A stretch of 64,000 nt of DNA from the IMG/VR virus record IMGVR_UViG_3300027749_000044; one strand, written 5' to 3'. This stretch comes from a virus. Under the pieces are notes generated by a model. It did no database searches and had not been told where the DNA came from. It saw only the letters and a list, made by a program, of their open reading frames with translations. This document shows positions 11,168 to 20,281 of the stretch, one piece after another; within the stretch, counting starts at the first letter, position 1; each line of letters starts with the position of its first letter. A program made the position numbers and the translations under genes.

Positions 11168-11540
11168 TATTGCAGATACACATTATTGGGGGTATCATTT
11201 GCTCCTAGATTGCGCCGAGTGCGACATACAATCAATTACTGACCCGGAAACATTGAAGTCTTTTGCTGAAACTTTGGTTAAAGAAATCGACATGGTGGCA
11301 TATGGTGATCCACAGATCATTCATTTTGGCCATGGAGAAGATCATCTTGCTGGTTGGACCGTTATTCAATTAATCGAAACGTCCAATATTATCGCTCATT
11401 TTTGTGATAATACACAAGAAGGTTATATCGATATTTTTTCATGTAAACCATATGATGAAAAAATTGCAATTGATGTTGTTCGAAGATTTTTTAATCCAAA
11501 AACAATTCGGCGAAATTTTCTTACGAGACAGGCACATTAA
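11160..11540 (+). CDS. speD: S-adenosylmethionine decarboxylase proenzyme
   Basis: GYHLLLD, LIETSNI autocleavage Ser, DIFSCK. Confidence 0.88.
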   Translation: MSDIADTHYWGYHLLLDCAECDIQSITDPETLKSFAETLVKEIDMVAYGDPQIIHFGHGEDHLAGWTVIQLIETSNIIAHFCDNTQEGYIDIFSCKPYDEKIAIDVVRRFFNPKTIRRNFLTRQAH

Positions 11541-11577
11541 TGGTTGCCATCCTACGGCAACCATGTAGGATATAATT

Positions 11578-12147
11578 ATGACAAAGATTCTTTATATTAA
11601 TGGGTTTGGTGGCGGCGGCCGGTCTCCTAAATTGGATGCACTGGAAGCCGCTTTCCCCGGACAAGTGGTCGCCCCGTATATTTCTGCCCGCGCGGATGAT
11701 GCATTTCGGCAAATTTGCTGGGAAGCAGGCAGAATTTATGAAAAAAACAATAGCATAATTTTCGTTGGAACGAGTCTAGGTGGATTTTGGTCTGCATTTT
11801 TCTCCACTTATTTTGGAGAAAAAGCTGTCATGTTGAATCCAAGTCTTGACCCAGGCAAATCTTTGACAAAATATGTTGGGCGAGAAATCGACGGAAAAGA
11901 ATGGATGTTCTGTGACGCACTAGCGTACAATGAATATAAATTAAAGTTAAATGACGGGATTCCAAGAATTGTTCTGTGTGAAATGGGCGACGATATCATT
12001 TCTAGTGATGATGTGATCGAACAACTCGGTATGAATCAAGAGCATCATGCGGAATTTCATTTGCTTCCTGGTGGTTCCCACCGGTTCGAAAACTATCCTG
12101 CTATGATCGATGCCATCAAGCGGCTGATGAATCAAGAACCTCACTGA
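11578..12147 (+). CDS. YqiA/YcfP-like alpha/beta hydrolase
   Basis: GTSLGG nucleophile elbow, LNP, GGSHRF. Confidence 0.85.
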   Translation: MTKILYINGFGGGGRSPKLDALEAAFPGQVVAPYISARADDAFRQICWEAGRIYEKNNSIIFVGTSLGGFWSAFFSTYFGEKAVMLNPSLDPGKSLTKYVGREIDGKEWMFCDALAYNEYKLKLNDGIPRIVLCEMGDDIISSDDVIEQLGMNQEHHAEFHLLPGGSHRFENYPAMIDAIKRLMNQEPH

Positions 12148-12174
12148 AAGCATAAATACTCTCCAGAATAGGAG

Positions 12175-12777
12175 ATGTTATTGATGCTTTCATACAGTAA
12201 TTATATCACTGAACATTGGCTAAATTTTGTCGGAAATCATCCCGACAAAGAAAAACATAAGCATGAAGTCTTTAAGTTACTTCAAGATGCATATAAACCA
12301 ATTGGCGGCATTCATGGATCAGGATTCAAAGATGCTGATGACATGGTTAAAAATGTTCCCATGTGGAAACTCAAGAAACATAAAGGCAAGATCGTCTCGG
12401 CCGCGTTATACAAAGATAAAGGCGGCCGTAAAAGAGTTGCGGTGGCTACCGATGGATCAGACGAAGGCAAAAAACATCTTGCCACAATTATGTCAGATGA
12501 CGTAAAACGCAATCGTGCGTATGCAGAACAATCAGGTCCTTCCCTTAAATTTTTGAAGCGGCATTTGCCTGATGGTCACCTAGAAAAAGCTGCTATTCAT
12601 CCAGAAGCCGTCAAGAAATTGATGCCAGATGATGAAATTGATACTCATGTTCCTGATGATGATCCAGAAGTCAAGGCACATCCAGAACTAAAACATAAAT
12701 TTTATAGACGTAAAATTGGCGGGGAATGGCACACAAAGTTGTCGTTAGGAACACCCGGGAATGAGATTAAGGATTAA
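12175..12777 (+). CDS. His/Lys-rich protein, candidate internal head protein
   Basis: late promoter ATAAATA at 12152; MLSYSNYITE N-terminal motif. Confidence 0.55.
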   Translation: MLLMLSYSNYITEHWLNFVGNHPDKEKHKHEVFKLLQDAYKPIGGIHGSGFKDADDMVKNVPMWKLKKHKGKIVSAALYKDKGGRKRVAVATDGSDEGKKHLATIMSDDVKRNRAYAEQSGPSLKFLKRHLPDGHLEKAAIHPEAVKKLMPDDEIDTHVPDDDPEVKAHPELKHKFYRRKIGGEWHTKLSLGTPGNEIKD

Positions 12778-12778
12778 T

Positions 12779-13069
12779 ATGCCCTATTATAAATTTTTTA
12801 ATCATGAAACAAATGAAGAATATATCCAATTTATGGGTATTTCTGAAGCAGATACTTTTTTGGAAAATAATCCCCACATCGAACGCAAAGTAAACGGTGC
12901 ACCTGGTCTCCACAGCGGCATTGGTCTTGGCGGCGGACTTAAAGTGGATTCAGGATTTAATGATCTACTCGGACGAATTAAAGGTAAACACTCAGAAAGT
13001 TCAACTCTCGGCGGCGCTAAGCTTACCGAGAAATACGGATTAGCCAGGAGTACAATCCAGACAAAGTAA
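12779..13069 (+). CDS. FmdB-like small protein lacking the Cys ligands
   Basis: MPYYKF...FLENNPH; position before phoH. Confidence 0.5.
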   Translation: MPYYKFFNHETNEEYIQFMGISEADTFLENNPHIERKVNGAPGLHSGIGLGGGLKVDSGFNDLLGRIKGKHSESSTLGGAKLTEKYGLARSTIQTK

Positions 13070-13134
13070 CCTGGCTATTGATTATGTGCGCCGTGACTAT
13101 ATCACGTAAAAACAAGGCACACGGAGAAAATCAA

Positions 13135-13911
13135 ATGGCCTTAGATTCATATACAGACGAAGACCAAGCTTTCCTATCTAGAAGACAAAGAAAGGCTGCC
13201 AGAAAAAATCCTAATAGACAACACATTCAAACCCAACATAAGCCAGAACCAAAAGGGTTACATTTAAAGTCTATTGTACCAATTACCGAAAATCAAAGAG
13301 ACGTATTTTATCAATATGCTTCCGACAAGCATCTTTTATTGCTTGGATCGGCCGGCACAGGTAAAACTTTCTTAAGCTTCTTTCTTGCATTGTCTGACGT
13401 TGCTAAAGAAGAAGAATACGAAAGAGTTGTTGTTATTAGATCGGCAGTCCAAAGCCGAGACCAAGGATTTTTGCCAGGTAGTGTTGCTGAAAAATCTAAA
13501 GTATATGAATTGCCATATCAAGCTATTTGCACTGAACTCTATAATCGCGGAGATGCATATTCAATCCTAAAAGGAAAAGGGCAAATTGAATTCATTACAA
13601 CTTCATTCGTCCGCGGTATTACTTTAAAAAATTGCATTGTAATTGTGGATGAAATCCAGAATCTTTCTGGTCCTGAGCTGAATGCCGTTATGACGAGAGT
13701 CGGTGAAAATTGCAAAATTATTTTTTGTGGTGATTTCAAACAGTCCGATTTGACAAAAGAACAAGAAAGAATGGGACTAAAATCATTCGTAAAAGTCATT
13801 GACAAATTGGACCAATTTGCTACAATCAACTTTACTCGAAATGATATCGTAAGGTCGAAACTCGTTAAAGACTTCATTATCGCATGTGAGGATCTAAACA
13901 TCGTATTATAG
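13135..13911 (+). CDS. phoH: PhoH family ATPase
   Basis: GSAGTGKT, GFLPG, RGIT, DEIQN, GDFKQSD. Confidence 0.95.
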   Translation: MALDSYTDEDQAFLSRRQRKAARKNPNRQHIQTQHKPEPKGLHLKSIVPITENQRDVFYQYASDKHLLLLGSAGTGKTFLSFFLALSDVAKEEEYERVVVIRSAVQSRDQGFLPGSVAEKSKVYELPYQAICTELYNRGDAYSILKGKGQIEFITTSFVRGITLKNCIVIVDEIQNLSGPELNAVMTRVGENCKIIFCGDFKQSDLTKEQERMGLKSFVKVIDKLDQFATINFTRNDIVRSKLVKDFIIACEDLNIVL

Positions 13912-13918
13912 GAATGTA

Positions 13919-14596
13919 ATGTATACACTGAAATTAATAAAAACGCCGGAGTTAGAAGTAAAAACGACTGATTCCGGCCGTTTTTATACCACGCCAGAAG
14001 GCAATGTTTACCCATCGGTTACCACCGTACTTGGTTCTTTTGAAAAAGAATATCTACAAAAGTGGATTAAACGGGTAGGACAAGAAGAAGCAAACAAAAT
14101 CCGCGACCAAGCCGGACGAAAAGGTACTGCGGTCCACCGAATGATTGAGCGTATGCTCCTCGGTGAAGATAATATTTTCAAAGGCGAAATGCCAGTTAAT
14201 ATAGCACACTTCAAAACCATAAGAAAAGGTCTCGAAAAAAGATTAACGACGGTATATGCCATGGAAAATGCTCTATGGTCAAATAAATTAAAAGTTGCCG
14301 GTAGAGTTGATTGCATCGGTGATTATGATGGCAAATTATCTATTATTGATTTCAAGACATCCAATAAACTAAAAGACATCACTCAAATCGGTGATTACTT
14401 TATCCAAACCACAATGTACTCAATGATGTGGCAGGAAATCACAGGAATGAAGGTCGAACAATTGGTTATTGTCATGGTTGTTAACGACGAACCGGAACCT
14501 TTTATTTTTATCCAAAACAGGTCGGATTGGTTGGAATTGACCGCCAGAAAAATGTTCGATTATCAAAAAAAGATGGTTGCCTCTTCCTCCATATAG
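13919..14596 (+). CDS. PD-(D/E)XK exonuclease
   Basis: YPSVTTVL, GTAVH, AGRVD, IIDFKTS, Q...Y. Confidence 0.85.
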   Translation: MYTLKLIKTPELEVKTTDSGRFYTTPEGNVYPSVTTVLGSFEKEYLQKWIKRVGQEEANKIRDQAGRKGTAVHRMIERMLLGEDNIFKGEMPVNIAHFKTIRKGLEKRLTTVYAMENALWSNKLKVAGRVDCIGDYDGKLSIIDFKTSNKLKDITQIGDYFIQTTMYSMMWQEITGMKVEQLVIVMVVNDEPEPFIFIQNRSDWLELTARKMFDYQKKMVASSSI

Positions 14597-14636
14597 GCTA
14601 TTATGGAAAATGTAGAGAGCAACAGAGAGACACGAA

Positions 14637-15374
14637 ATGACTGCCGACCTTTCTTCGATCAAGGCACAAATCCGAGCCATGTCGAATAAGACCGTTGCAA
14701 ATGGTTGCACGGAAGCCGAAGCAATGACCGCCATCGCTATGGTTGGTAAGTTGCTCCAAAAGTATAACCTCTCCATGGATGAAGTCCAACTGAGAGACGA
14801 AAAGTGCGATACTCTCCAAATTCATACAGGAAGCAAGCATAAGGACGGCCTCTATTATGCCGTCTCTGCTATTGCTGATTTCTGTGACTGTAAGGTTTGG
14901 ACCGTTCGCAGTAAGAACGGACTTTCTTATTCGTTTTTTGGACAAGAATCCGACCGTTTGATGGTCAGGTATTTGTTCGATGTCATCACATCCGCCCTTA
15001 ATACCGAACTGGCGGCGTATAAAACCACACCGGAATATAATCGCTGCCATGTGCGTGGTGTATCCAAGCGCGGAGCAAGCTCCTCCTTTGGTATCGGCAT
15101 GGGCCGACGTATCAGCCAGCGCCTGTATGATATCATTCGGTCCAATCGTAAGGAAAACGAAACCACGGGTAACAATGCGCTTGTGGTTCTTAAGAGCCAA
15201 TTGGTGTCCGACGCATATGCTAATCTCCAGCTTCGCCTTAAGAAGGCTTATTCCAACACCACTGTTACGGATGGCCAATCTTATTATAAGGGCGCCGAGG
15301 CTGCCAACCGAGTAAACCTCAACCGTCCTGTTAACGGCCCGACCAATTCGGTTTTGGCCATCGGCAATCGATAA
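14637..15374 (+). CDS. DUF2786-domain protein
   Basis: EAEA...KLLQKYNL; SFGIG; own promoter. Confidence 0.7.
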   Translation: MTADLSSIKAQIRAMSNKTVANGCTEAEAMTAIAMVGKLLQKYNLSMDEVQLRDEKCDTLQIHTGSKHKDGLYYAVSAIADFCDCKVWTVRSKNGLSYSFFGQESDRLMVRYLFDVITSALNTELAAYKTTPEYNRCHVRGVSKRGASSSFGIGMGRRISQRLYDIIRSNRKENETTGNNALVVLKSQLVSDAYANLQLRLKKAYSNTTVTDGQSYYKGAEAANRVNLNRPVNGPTNSVLAIGNR

Positions 15375-15458
15375 AAAAGTGAAATAGGTGGTTGCCTTAT
15401 CGGCCATCTGTGTTATTATCATAATGTAAGTTGAAACCTCGAAAGAAAGAAATAGATT

Positions 15459-16406
15459 ATGTCTCATGAAATTGAAATTATCAACGGCCAAGCCCAACAT
15501 GTTTATGTTGGCGAAACGCCATGGCACGGGCTCGGAACGAAGGTTCCTAATGATCTAACGCCAGTCCAAATGCTCGGTGCTGCCGGGCTTGATTGGTCTG
15601 TAGAAAAGTATCCGGCTACAGTCGAAATTGCCGGCAAGCGAATCGAAACGGGCCATTCTGCCCTTGTTCGTTCGAGTGATAATAAGATTCTTGATGTGAT
15701 TACCGACGATTGGAATCCTTGTCAGAATCTCGAAGCCTTTGAATTTTTCAATGACTTCATTGGCGCCGGTGATATGGAAATGCACACTGCCGGCTCCCTC
15801 AAGGGCGGCAAGGTCGTTTGGGCACTTGCGAAGGTCCATGATTCCTTTGACCTGTTCGACGGAGATCGTGTAGAATCTTATCTACTCTTCACGAATCCAC
15901 ACCAATACGGACAGTCTATTGATATCCGGTTCACCCCTATTCGGGTTGTTTGTAACAACACTCTTACCCTGTCTTTGAATACAAAGTCTTCAAAGATGGC
16001 CAAGGTTTCTCATGCTCGCGTGTTCAATGCGGATGAAGTGAAGGAAACACTTGGTGTAGCCAAGGAAAAGCTCCAAACGTATAAGGAAATGGCTGCCTTT
16101 CTTGGATCGAAGCGATATACCGAAGAAACTGTGGTTGACTATTTCAAGCGCATTTTCCCTGGTACGTCGACCAAGAAGGAACTGTCTAAGAATGCTCGGG
16201 TTGGTCTTGCCCTACTCGAAACCCAACCTGGTGCCGAATATGCTCCAGGAACGTGGTGGACCGCCCTCAATGCGGTGACACACATGACTGACCATATTAT
16301 TGGTCGCTCGGTGGATGCTCGCCTGACCAGCGCCTGGTTTGGCGCCAATAAGGGCCTTAAGGGCAAGGCTATCGACCTTGCCGTCGAAATGGCAGAGGCA
16401 TCTTAA
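15459..16406 (+). CDS. DUF932 family protein
   Basis: PWHGLG, AGSLKGG, TPIRVVCNNTL, GTWW. Confidence 0.88.
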   Translation: MSHEIEIINGQAQHVYVGETPWHGLGTKVPNDLTPVQMLGAAGLDWSVEKYPATVEIAGKRIETGHSALVRSSDNKILDVITDDWNPCQNLEAFEFFNDFIGAGDMEMHTAGSLKGGKVVWALAKVHDSFDLFDGDRVESYLLFTNPHQYGQSIDIRFTPIRVVCNNTLTLSLNTKSSKMAKVSHARVFNADEVKETLGVAKEKLQTYKEMAAFLGSKRYTEETVVDYFKRIFPGTSTKKELSKNARVGLALLETQPGAEYAPGTWWTALNAVTHMTDHIIGRSVDARLTSAWFGANKGLKGKAIDLAVEMAEAS

Positions 16407-16558
16407 TGGACCTAAAAGAGGTAGAAAAGGTTGCACTAGAGGAACTGGCCCGGGAGCAATTCCGGGCCAGGGTCGAAGAGGCAAAAGACAGACTCCGTAA
16501 TCGGAAGTCTCTAATCCAAAAGATTTTCCCATTTAAAATCAGAATTGAAAGGATCTAA
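16406..16558 (+). CDS. 50-aa basic protein (not in ORF track)
   Basis: MDLKEVEKVALEELARE..., overlaps DUF932 stop. Confidence 0.6.
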   Translation: MDLKEVEKVALEELAREQFRARVEEAKDRLRNRKSLIQKIFPFKIRIERI

Positions 16559-16559
16559 T

Positions 16560-16733
16560 ATGTTCGATATCAAGCAAGTTGAAGAAGAGGCCCGCAAGGA
16601 ACTCGCAGACGAAAAGTCCACTGCTGCCAAGTCCAAGATCAAGGCTCACCTGGCTAAGATTGCGGCTGCCAAAAAGGTCGTTGCTAATCTTGAAGAAGAG
16701 TATCAAGTACTTCTACGGGATATCGGCGCGTAA
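16560..16733 (+). CDS. small helical protein
   Basis: MFDIKQVEEEARKELADE; AAGGA SD. Confidence 0.65.
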   Translation: MFDIKQVEEEARKELADEKSTAAKSKIKAHLAKIAAAKKVVANLEEEYQVLLRDIGA

Positions 16734-17341
16734 TGGCGGTCGACCGTTACTTTGAATTGTCGGTAGACCCCATACTTTCCCGGCCGATTGAAGTACATTT
16801 TGGTTCATTCCGTAGTGATACATTTGCCCTGCAAAATGCAGGATGGAAATTATCATATGACAGAATGATGGATGCAATGCACTATCGGCCTCGGCATTTG
16901 TTGGCCATGGAACACAGGGGCTATAATCTAAAAGGATTAGCCGAGGCTCATGGTGAAAATACGGACGTGTATGGTTCATTGCGGGGCCAAAGATTGACCC
17001 AACCGATACAGTTTAATGTTATATCGATGGGCCGAGATGTTGTTTACGTCCAGCATCCTGCCCCGTTACATTTTAAAGATTTTAAATCCATCGACGCAGA
17101 GCCCGTGATTAGAGGTCCTATTCAACAGAAGATGTCGGACTTTGATATTTTTGCCTATGTTGAAAAGCCACCGGAACTAATCATTCCGGAAGAAAATGTT
17201 GACCAACTACTTCAAAGGATTCTAGACCTCCAGCAACCCGACCGAGAAAAAAGAATCATTGAAGCCGTACGTAATCAACATGGGGATAATATTTCTCCTG
17301 CTAAAAAGTCTTACGGTAACATCATTAGTTTGGTGGCCTAA
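16733..17341 (+). CDS. hypothetical protein
   Basis: translationally coupled 202-aa ORF. Confidence 0.55.
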   Translation: MAVDRYFELSVDPILSRPIEVHFGSFRSDTFALQNAGWKLSYDRMMDAMHYRPRHLLAMEHRGYNLKGLAEAHGENTDVYGSLRGQRLTQPIQFNVISMGRDVVYVQHPAPLHFKDFKSIDAEPVIRGPIQQKMSDFDIFAYVEKPPELIIPEENVDQLLQRILDLQQPDREKRIIEAVRNQHGDNISPAKKSYGNIISLVA

Positions 17342-17351
17342 GTAACAATAT

Positions 17352-17443
17352 GGCAGGATGGTAGAGCCTGGTTTATTGCACCGGTCTTGAAAACCGGAGA
17401 ACCTGAAAGGGTTCCGTGGGTTCGAATCCCACTCCTGCCGCCA
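17352..17443 (+). tRNA. tRNA-Ser(TGA)
   Basis: cloverleaf, CT-TGA-AA loop, long variable arm, G73, encoded CCA. Confidence 0.95.
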
Positions 17444-17509
17444 TTTTTATGGTTGCCATATGGCGGCCATATGTTATTATGAATTATAACGTGAAAAGAG
17501 AGAAACAAA

Positions 17510-17626
17510 ATGCCGTATGAAGTGACGAGTGTTTCGGAAGTGAACGAATTTGCTATCGAAGCCAACGAATCGGCTTTGGCGAAGCGCGAGGTAGGGCGCC
17601 GGGCCGAAGCCGCGCGGTATGACTAA
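17510..17626 (+). CDS. 38-aa ORF behind its own promoter
   Basis: promoter copy 17451-17480, GAGAG SD, MPYEVTSV...ARYD. Confidence 0.45.
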   Translation: MPYEVTSVSEVNEFAIEANESALAKREVGRRAEAARYD

Positions 17627-17634
17627 ATAAGATC

Positions 17635-17950
17635 AATGGTTGTAAACTAAACTATTAAAAGCTGGGCAACACGGGAGTGCGAATCTCCCCGCCTCCACCA
17701 AAGGTACACAGCCGCAACAGGTCTTGATGGGGCTATAAGCCAAAGTAGAGTGAAAGCCTCTACCTGTGTATCTTTGTTGGGGGCGAATAGAATCGACTGA
17801 CAGTTAGTAGATAGAATAGCAACTCGGGTAGTTCCGTTAATGACTAAAAACTGTAAATGTCGCAGCTAATGACAACACTGTGGAATTTGCTCTAGCAGCA
17901 TAATCTACACGGGCTTTGCAAGTTGAGCCTCGGAACAGAATCAACTTGCT
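17635..17950 (+). ncRNA. ssrA: circularly permuted two-piece tmRNA
   Basis: acceptor piece ends with T-arm + CGCCTCC-A-CCA at 17700; intervening hairpin 17701-17778; coding piece starts GGGGGCG at 17779 (G3:U70); tag AANDNTVEFALAA-stop at 17862-17903; 3' pseudoknot 17911-17949; 5' end approximate. Confidence 0.93.
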
Positions 17951-18366
17951 TTTTTTCTTGCCCAATATTCTAGTTTTTTCTGTCGAATTTTTTCTTTTGT
18001 TTCGTCAGAATGTGGGCATTTTAATCCTCTATTCCAACACCAGTGATGTGGTATTCCTTTTTTTGATTCAGAAACTTTTTTCTTTGTTTCTTCTGACCGG
18101 ACAATACCCTGTTGACCTTCGCCGCCGTCTGTTCTATTTCTAAGAACTCCAGTTTCAATATCTTTACGTCCATACCACCGAATGTAGAATCGTTCAAGTG
18201 CAAAAGCACCCAATTCACTGAGATTGGATTCCATTATTACAATACGATGTTTGGGAGGTATACCAACAGAATGTCTTTTGTCATATGCTCTTTTACCGGT
18301 TCCTTTACCAATGTAATAAGGTGTGCCATCTTCCCTTAGATAGGCATAGACGTAATAAATAAACAT
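17941..18366 (-). CDS. GIY-YIG homing endonuclease with NUMOD3-type repeats
   Basis: YVYAY...YYIGKG; SEETKKKVS and HSDETKEKI repeats; AAGGAG SD before ATG 18366. Confidence 0.9.
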   Translation of the reverse strand: MFIYYVYAYLREDGTPYYIGKGTGKRAYDKRHSVGIPPKHRIVIMESNLSELGAFALERFYIRWYGRKDIETGVLRNRTDGGEGQQGIVRSEETKKKVSESKKGIPHHWCWNRGLKCPHSDETKEKIRQKKLEYWARKKAS

Positions 18367-18433
18367 GTGCTGGGCTCCTTGTATGAGGACTAGAGTAGGT
18401 GGGACCGCTATCCGTGACCTACACATATTTATA
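18355..18433. ncRNA. two-hairpin structured motif, copy 1
   Basis: homologous to 21158-21235 with compensatory changes. Confidence 0.6.
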
Positions 18434-18449
18434 CTAAATAAGGATACAG

Positions 18450-18529
18450 GACGAACATAACGCACCTATGGCACTAGCGGCGTAAGCCGTGCCGGGGTTC
18501 GGGGAGTACCTTGCAACAGAAACTCCCCA
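18450..18529 (+). pseudogene. second (displaced) tmRNA tag end plus 3' pseudoknot
   Basis: reads ...NAPMALAA-stop with stop in a hairpin loop, then GGGGTTCGGGGAGTACCTTGCAACAGAAACTCCCC. Confidence 0.8.
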
Positions 18530-18578
18530 CTTTCACTAAATAGTTTATCCAACCACAGGTAACAAACAGGAGGCAGAC

Positions 18579-18740
18579 ATGGTCTATCTTTTATTGTTCG
18601 TTATTATTATAGGTGGGATATTATATTTTTTTCATGCATTAGAAGCGATCAGAGTGAAAGACGAATTGCTCACTGCAAACGCAAAATTGAAGCTAGCCGA
18701 AGAAAAAATCGTCAAATTAATGGCGAAACATAGACACTAA
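18579..18740 (+). CDS. 53-aa membrane-anchored coiled-coil protein (not in ORF track)
   Basis: AGGAGG SD; N-terminal TM segment. Confidence 0.6.
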   Translation: MVYLLLFVIIIGGILYFFHALEAIRVKDELLTANAKLKLAEEKIVKLMAKHRH

Positions 18741-18889
18741 GGCTTGACAACGTACATACTAAGTATTACAATGAAGTCCAGGTTATAAATCTGGCTTGGA
18801 TTTCATTTTTTCTAAACGACTGCTATACTCCGTGACATAGACATGTGTCTTAACCCTTTATTAAGGAGTATCAAAACAAAGGGAGAAAG

Positions 18890-19450
18890 ATGACCGATTT
18901 ACCTAAGCGAAATCGCTTGGCCATTGGGTTTCTATTCGGATTAACTATTGGTATGACAGCCATTACCGGTGGAGCCCTTCTACTAAAACCTAAACCATTG
19001 GTTATGGTAGTACCACAGACTAAAGTAATTGAGCAGAAAGTAATCGTGAAAGTTCCAGTAAAATTAACCACGGAAGATAAAAAACAAATCGATTGTCTCG
19101 CCACGAATATCACATATGAGGCGGACAATCAACCAACAGAAGGCAAAATTGCCGTGGCTCATGTGGTAATGAATAGGACAAAAGATCCTAGATTTGCCGA
19201 CAATGCATGTTCTGTTGTGAAACAAAAGATAGGTGGAATTTATCAATTTTCTTGGATGCGCGAATCGTCCAAAAGACATAAATTCCATTGTAAGATAGAA
19301 AAAAATAGGAAAATTGCCGAACAAGTTTACATTGGCAATATCCAAGATAACACAGGCGGCGCCAAATTTTACCATGCTACATGGTGTCATCCTCACTGGA
19401 GATTAGCGAAAACAGTAACTATTGGACAACATATTTTTTATACGGGATAA
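18890..19450 (+). CDS. SleB-like cell wall hydrolase (Hydrolase_2)
   Basis: CLATNITYEA, AVAHVVMNR, YQFSW, IGQHIFY; N-terminal TM. Confidence 0.88.
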   Translation: MTDLPKRNRLAIGFLFGLTIGMTAITGGALLLKPKPLVMVVPQTKVIEQKVIVKVPVKLTTEDKKQIDCLATNITYEADNQPTEGKIAVAHVVMNRTKDPRFADNACSVVKQKIGGIYQFSWMRESSKRHKFHCKIEKNRKIAEQVYIGNIQDNTGGAKFYHATWCHPHWRLAKTVTIGQHIFYTG

Positions 19451-19455
19451 TTATA

Positions 19456-19689
19456 ATGGAAATAAAGATCAAGTCGGCTGATACATTCTATGACGACATT
19501 GAGGACTTGGTTTGGCAGCATGACATCAATTATATTGATGCTGTTGTACTATACTGTGAAATTAACAATCTGGAAATCGAAAGTGTAGTATCTCTCGTCC
19601 GAAAAAATGAAAATCTAAAATCAAAAATTTCATTGGATGCAGAAGTACTACACTTTCTTCCTAAGGTTCAACGTCTACCAATTGAATGA
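19456..19689 (+). CDS. 33: late transcription co-activator gp33
   Basis: YIDAVVLYCE...LKSKI...A..LHFL; precedes gp59. Confidence 0.85.
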   Translation: MEIKIKSADTFYDDIEDLVWQHDINYIDAVVLYCEINNLEIESVVSLVRKNENLKSKISLDAEVLHFLPKVQRLPIE

Positions 19690-20279
19690 CCCCCTATGAA
19701 TCTTATGTAATGTATCTTGCGCTCAAACGGCATTTTACGTCGGAATCTTATGATTTTATCAAATATAATGGAAAAATTCCTGTCTCGCCTGCCGCATTTG
19801 ACGCAAGAAAAGACAAATATCAATTTCAAAAGCTTTCTAAAAAAGAAGACGTCAAAAACTTTCTTGTCGCGAATTTTGTGGAGACTGGTCCTAATATTTG
19901 GGTTGGAGACCTTGTATCTAATAGCCGAAGTGATCATATATATAATGTATGGTTGGGCAGACAGCAATCTTTGACCAGAACATTTAAAACCGATCTTGAA
20001 AAATTGAAATCCAATTTTGATGAAAATTTCAAACCAACGGAAACTTCAAGTCATCCTTATTTGTTAAAATTGTTTTTGTCCAAATCTATTTCGATTGAAA
20101 CACTGATTATTTTGAATGAACTGGTTGCCTTTTTCCCTGCATGGTGTAAGATACTAAAAGATGATCCGATATGGGCAAATGTATATTTACTATGTAACAA
20201 ATATAAACCGTTCATTAAATTTGATAAACAAAAATTTAAAGAATTGGCCATAAAAACAATTAATGATAATAAGGAATAA
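19686..20279 (+). CDS. 59: helicase loader gp59
   Basis: YLALKRHF...YDFIKYNGK, ISIETLIIL, KYKPF. Confidence 0.9.
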   Translation: MTPYESYVMYLALKRHFTSESYDFIKYNGKIPVSPAAFDARKDKYQFQKLSKKEDVKNFLVANFVETGPNIWVGDLVSNSRSDHIYNVWLGRQQSLTRTFKTDLEKLKSNFDENFKPTETSSHPYLLKLFLSKSISIETLIILNELVAFFPAWCKILKDDPIWANVYLLCNKYKPFIKFDKQKFKELAIKTINDNKE

Positions 20280-20281
20280 TA

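Noticed and set aside
14601-15527. Long antisense ORFs in the track (also 24176-24664, 25079-25576, 45541-45975, 52188-52730)
   Set aside because: Shadow ORFs opposite genuine genes, with no recognisable motifs
17338-17565. ORFs over RNA genes (also 38513-38740, 39214-39685, 50409-50840)
   Set aside because: Translations of tRNA or ncRNA sequence
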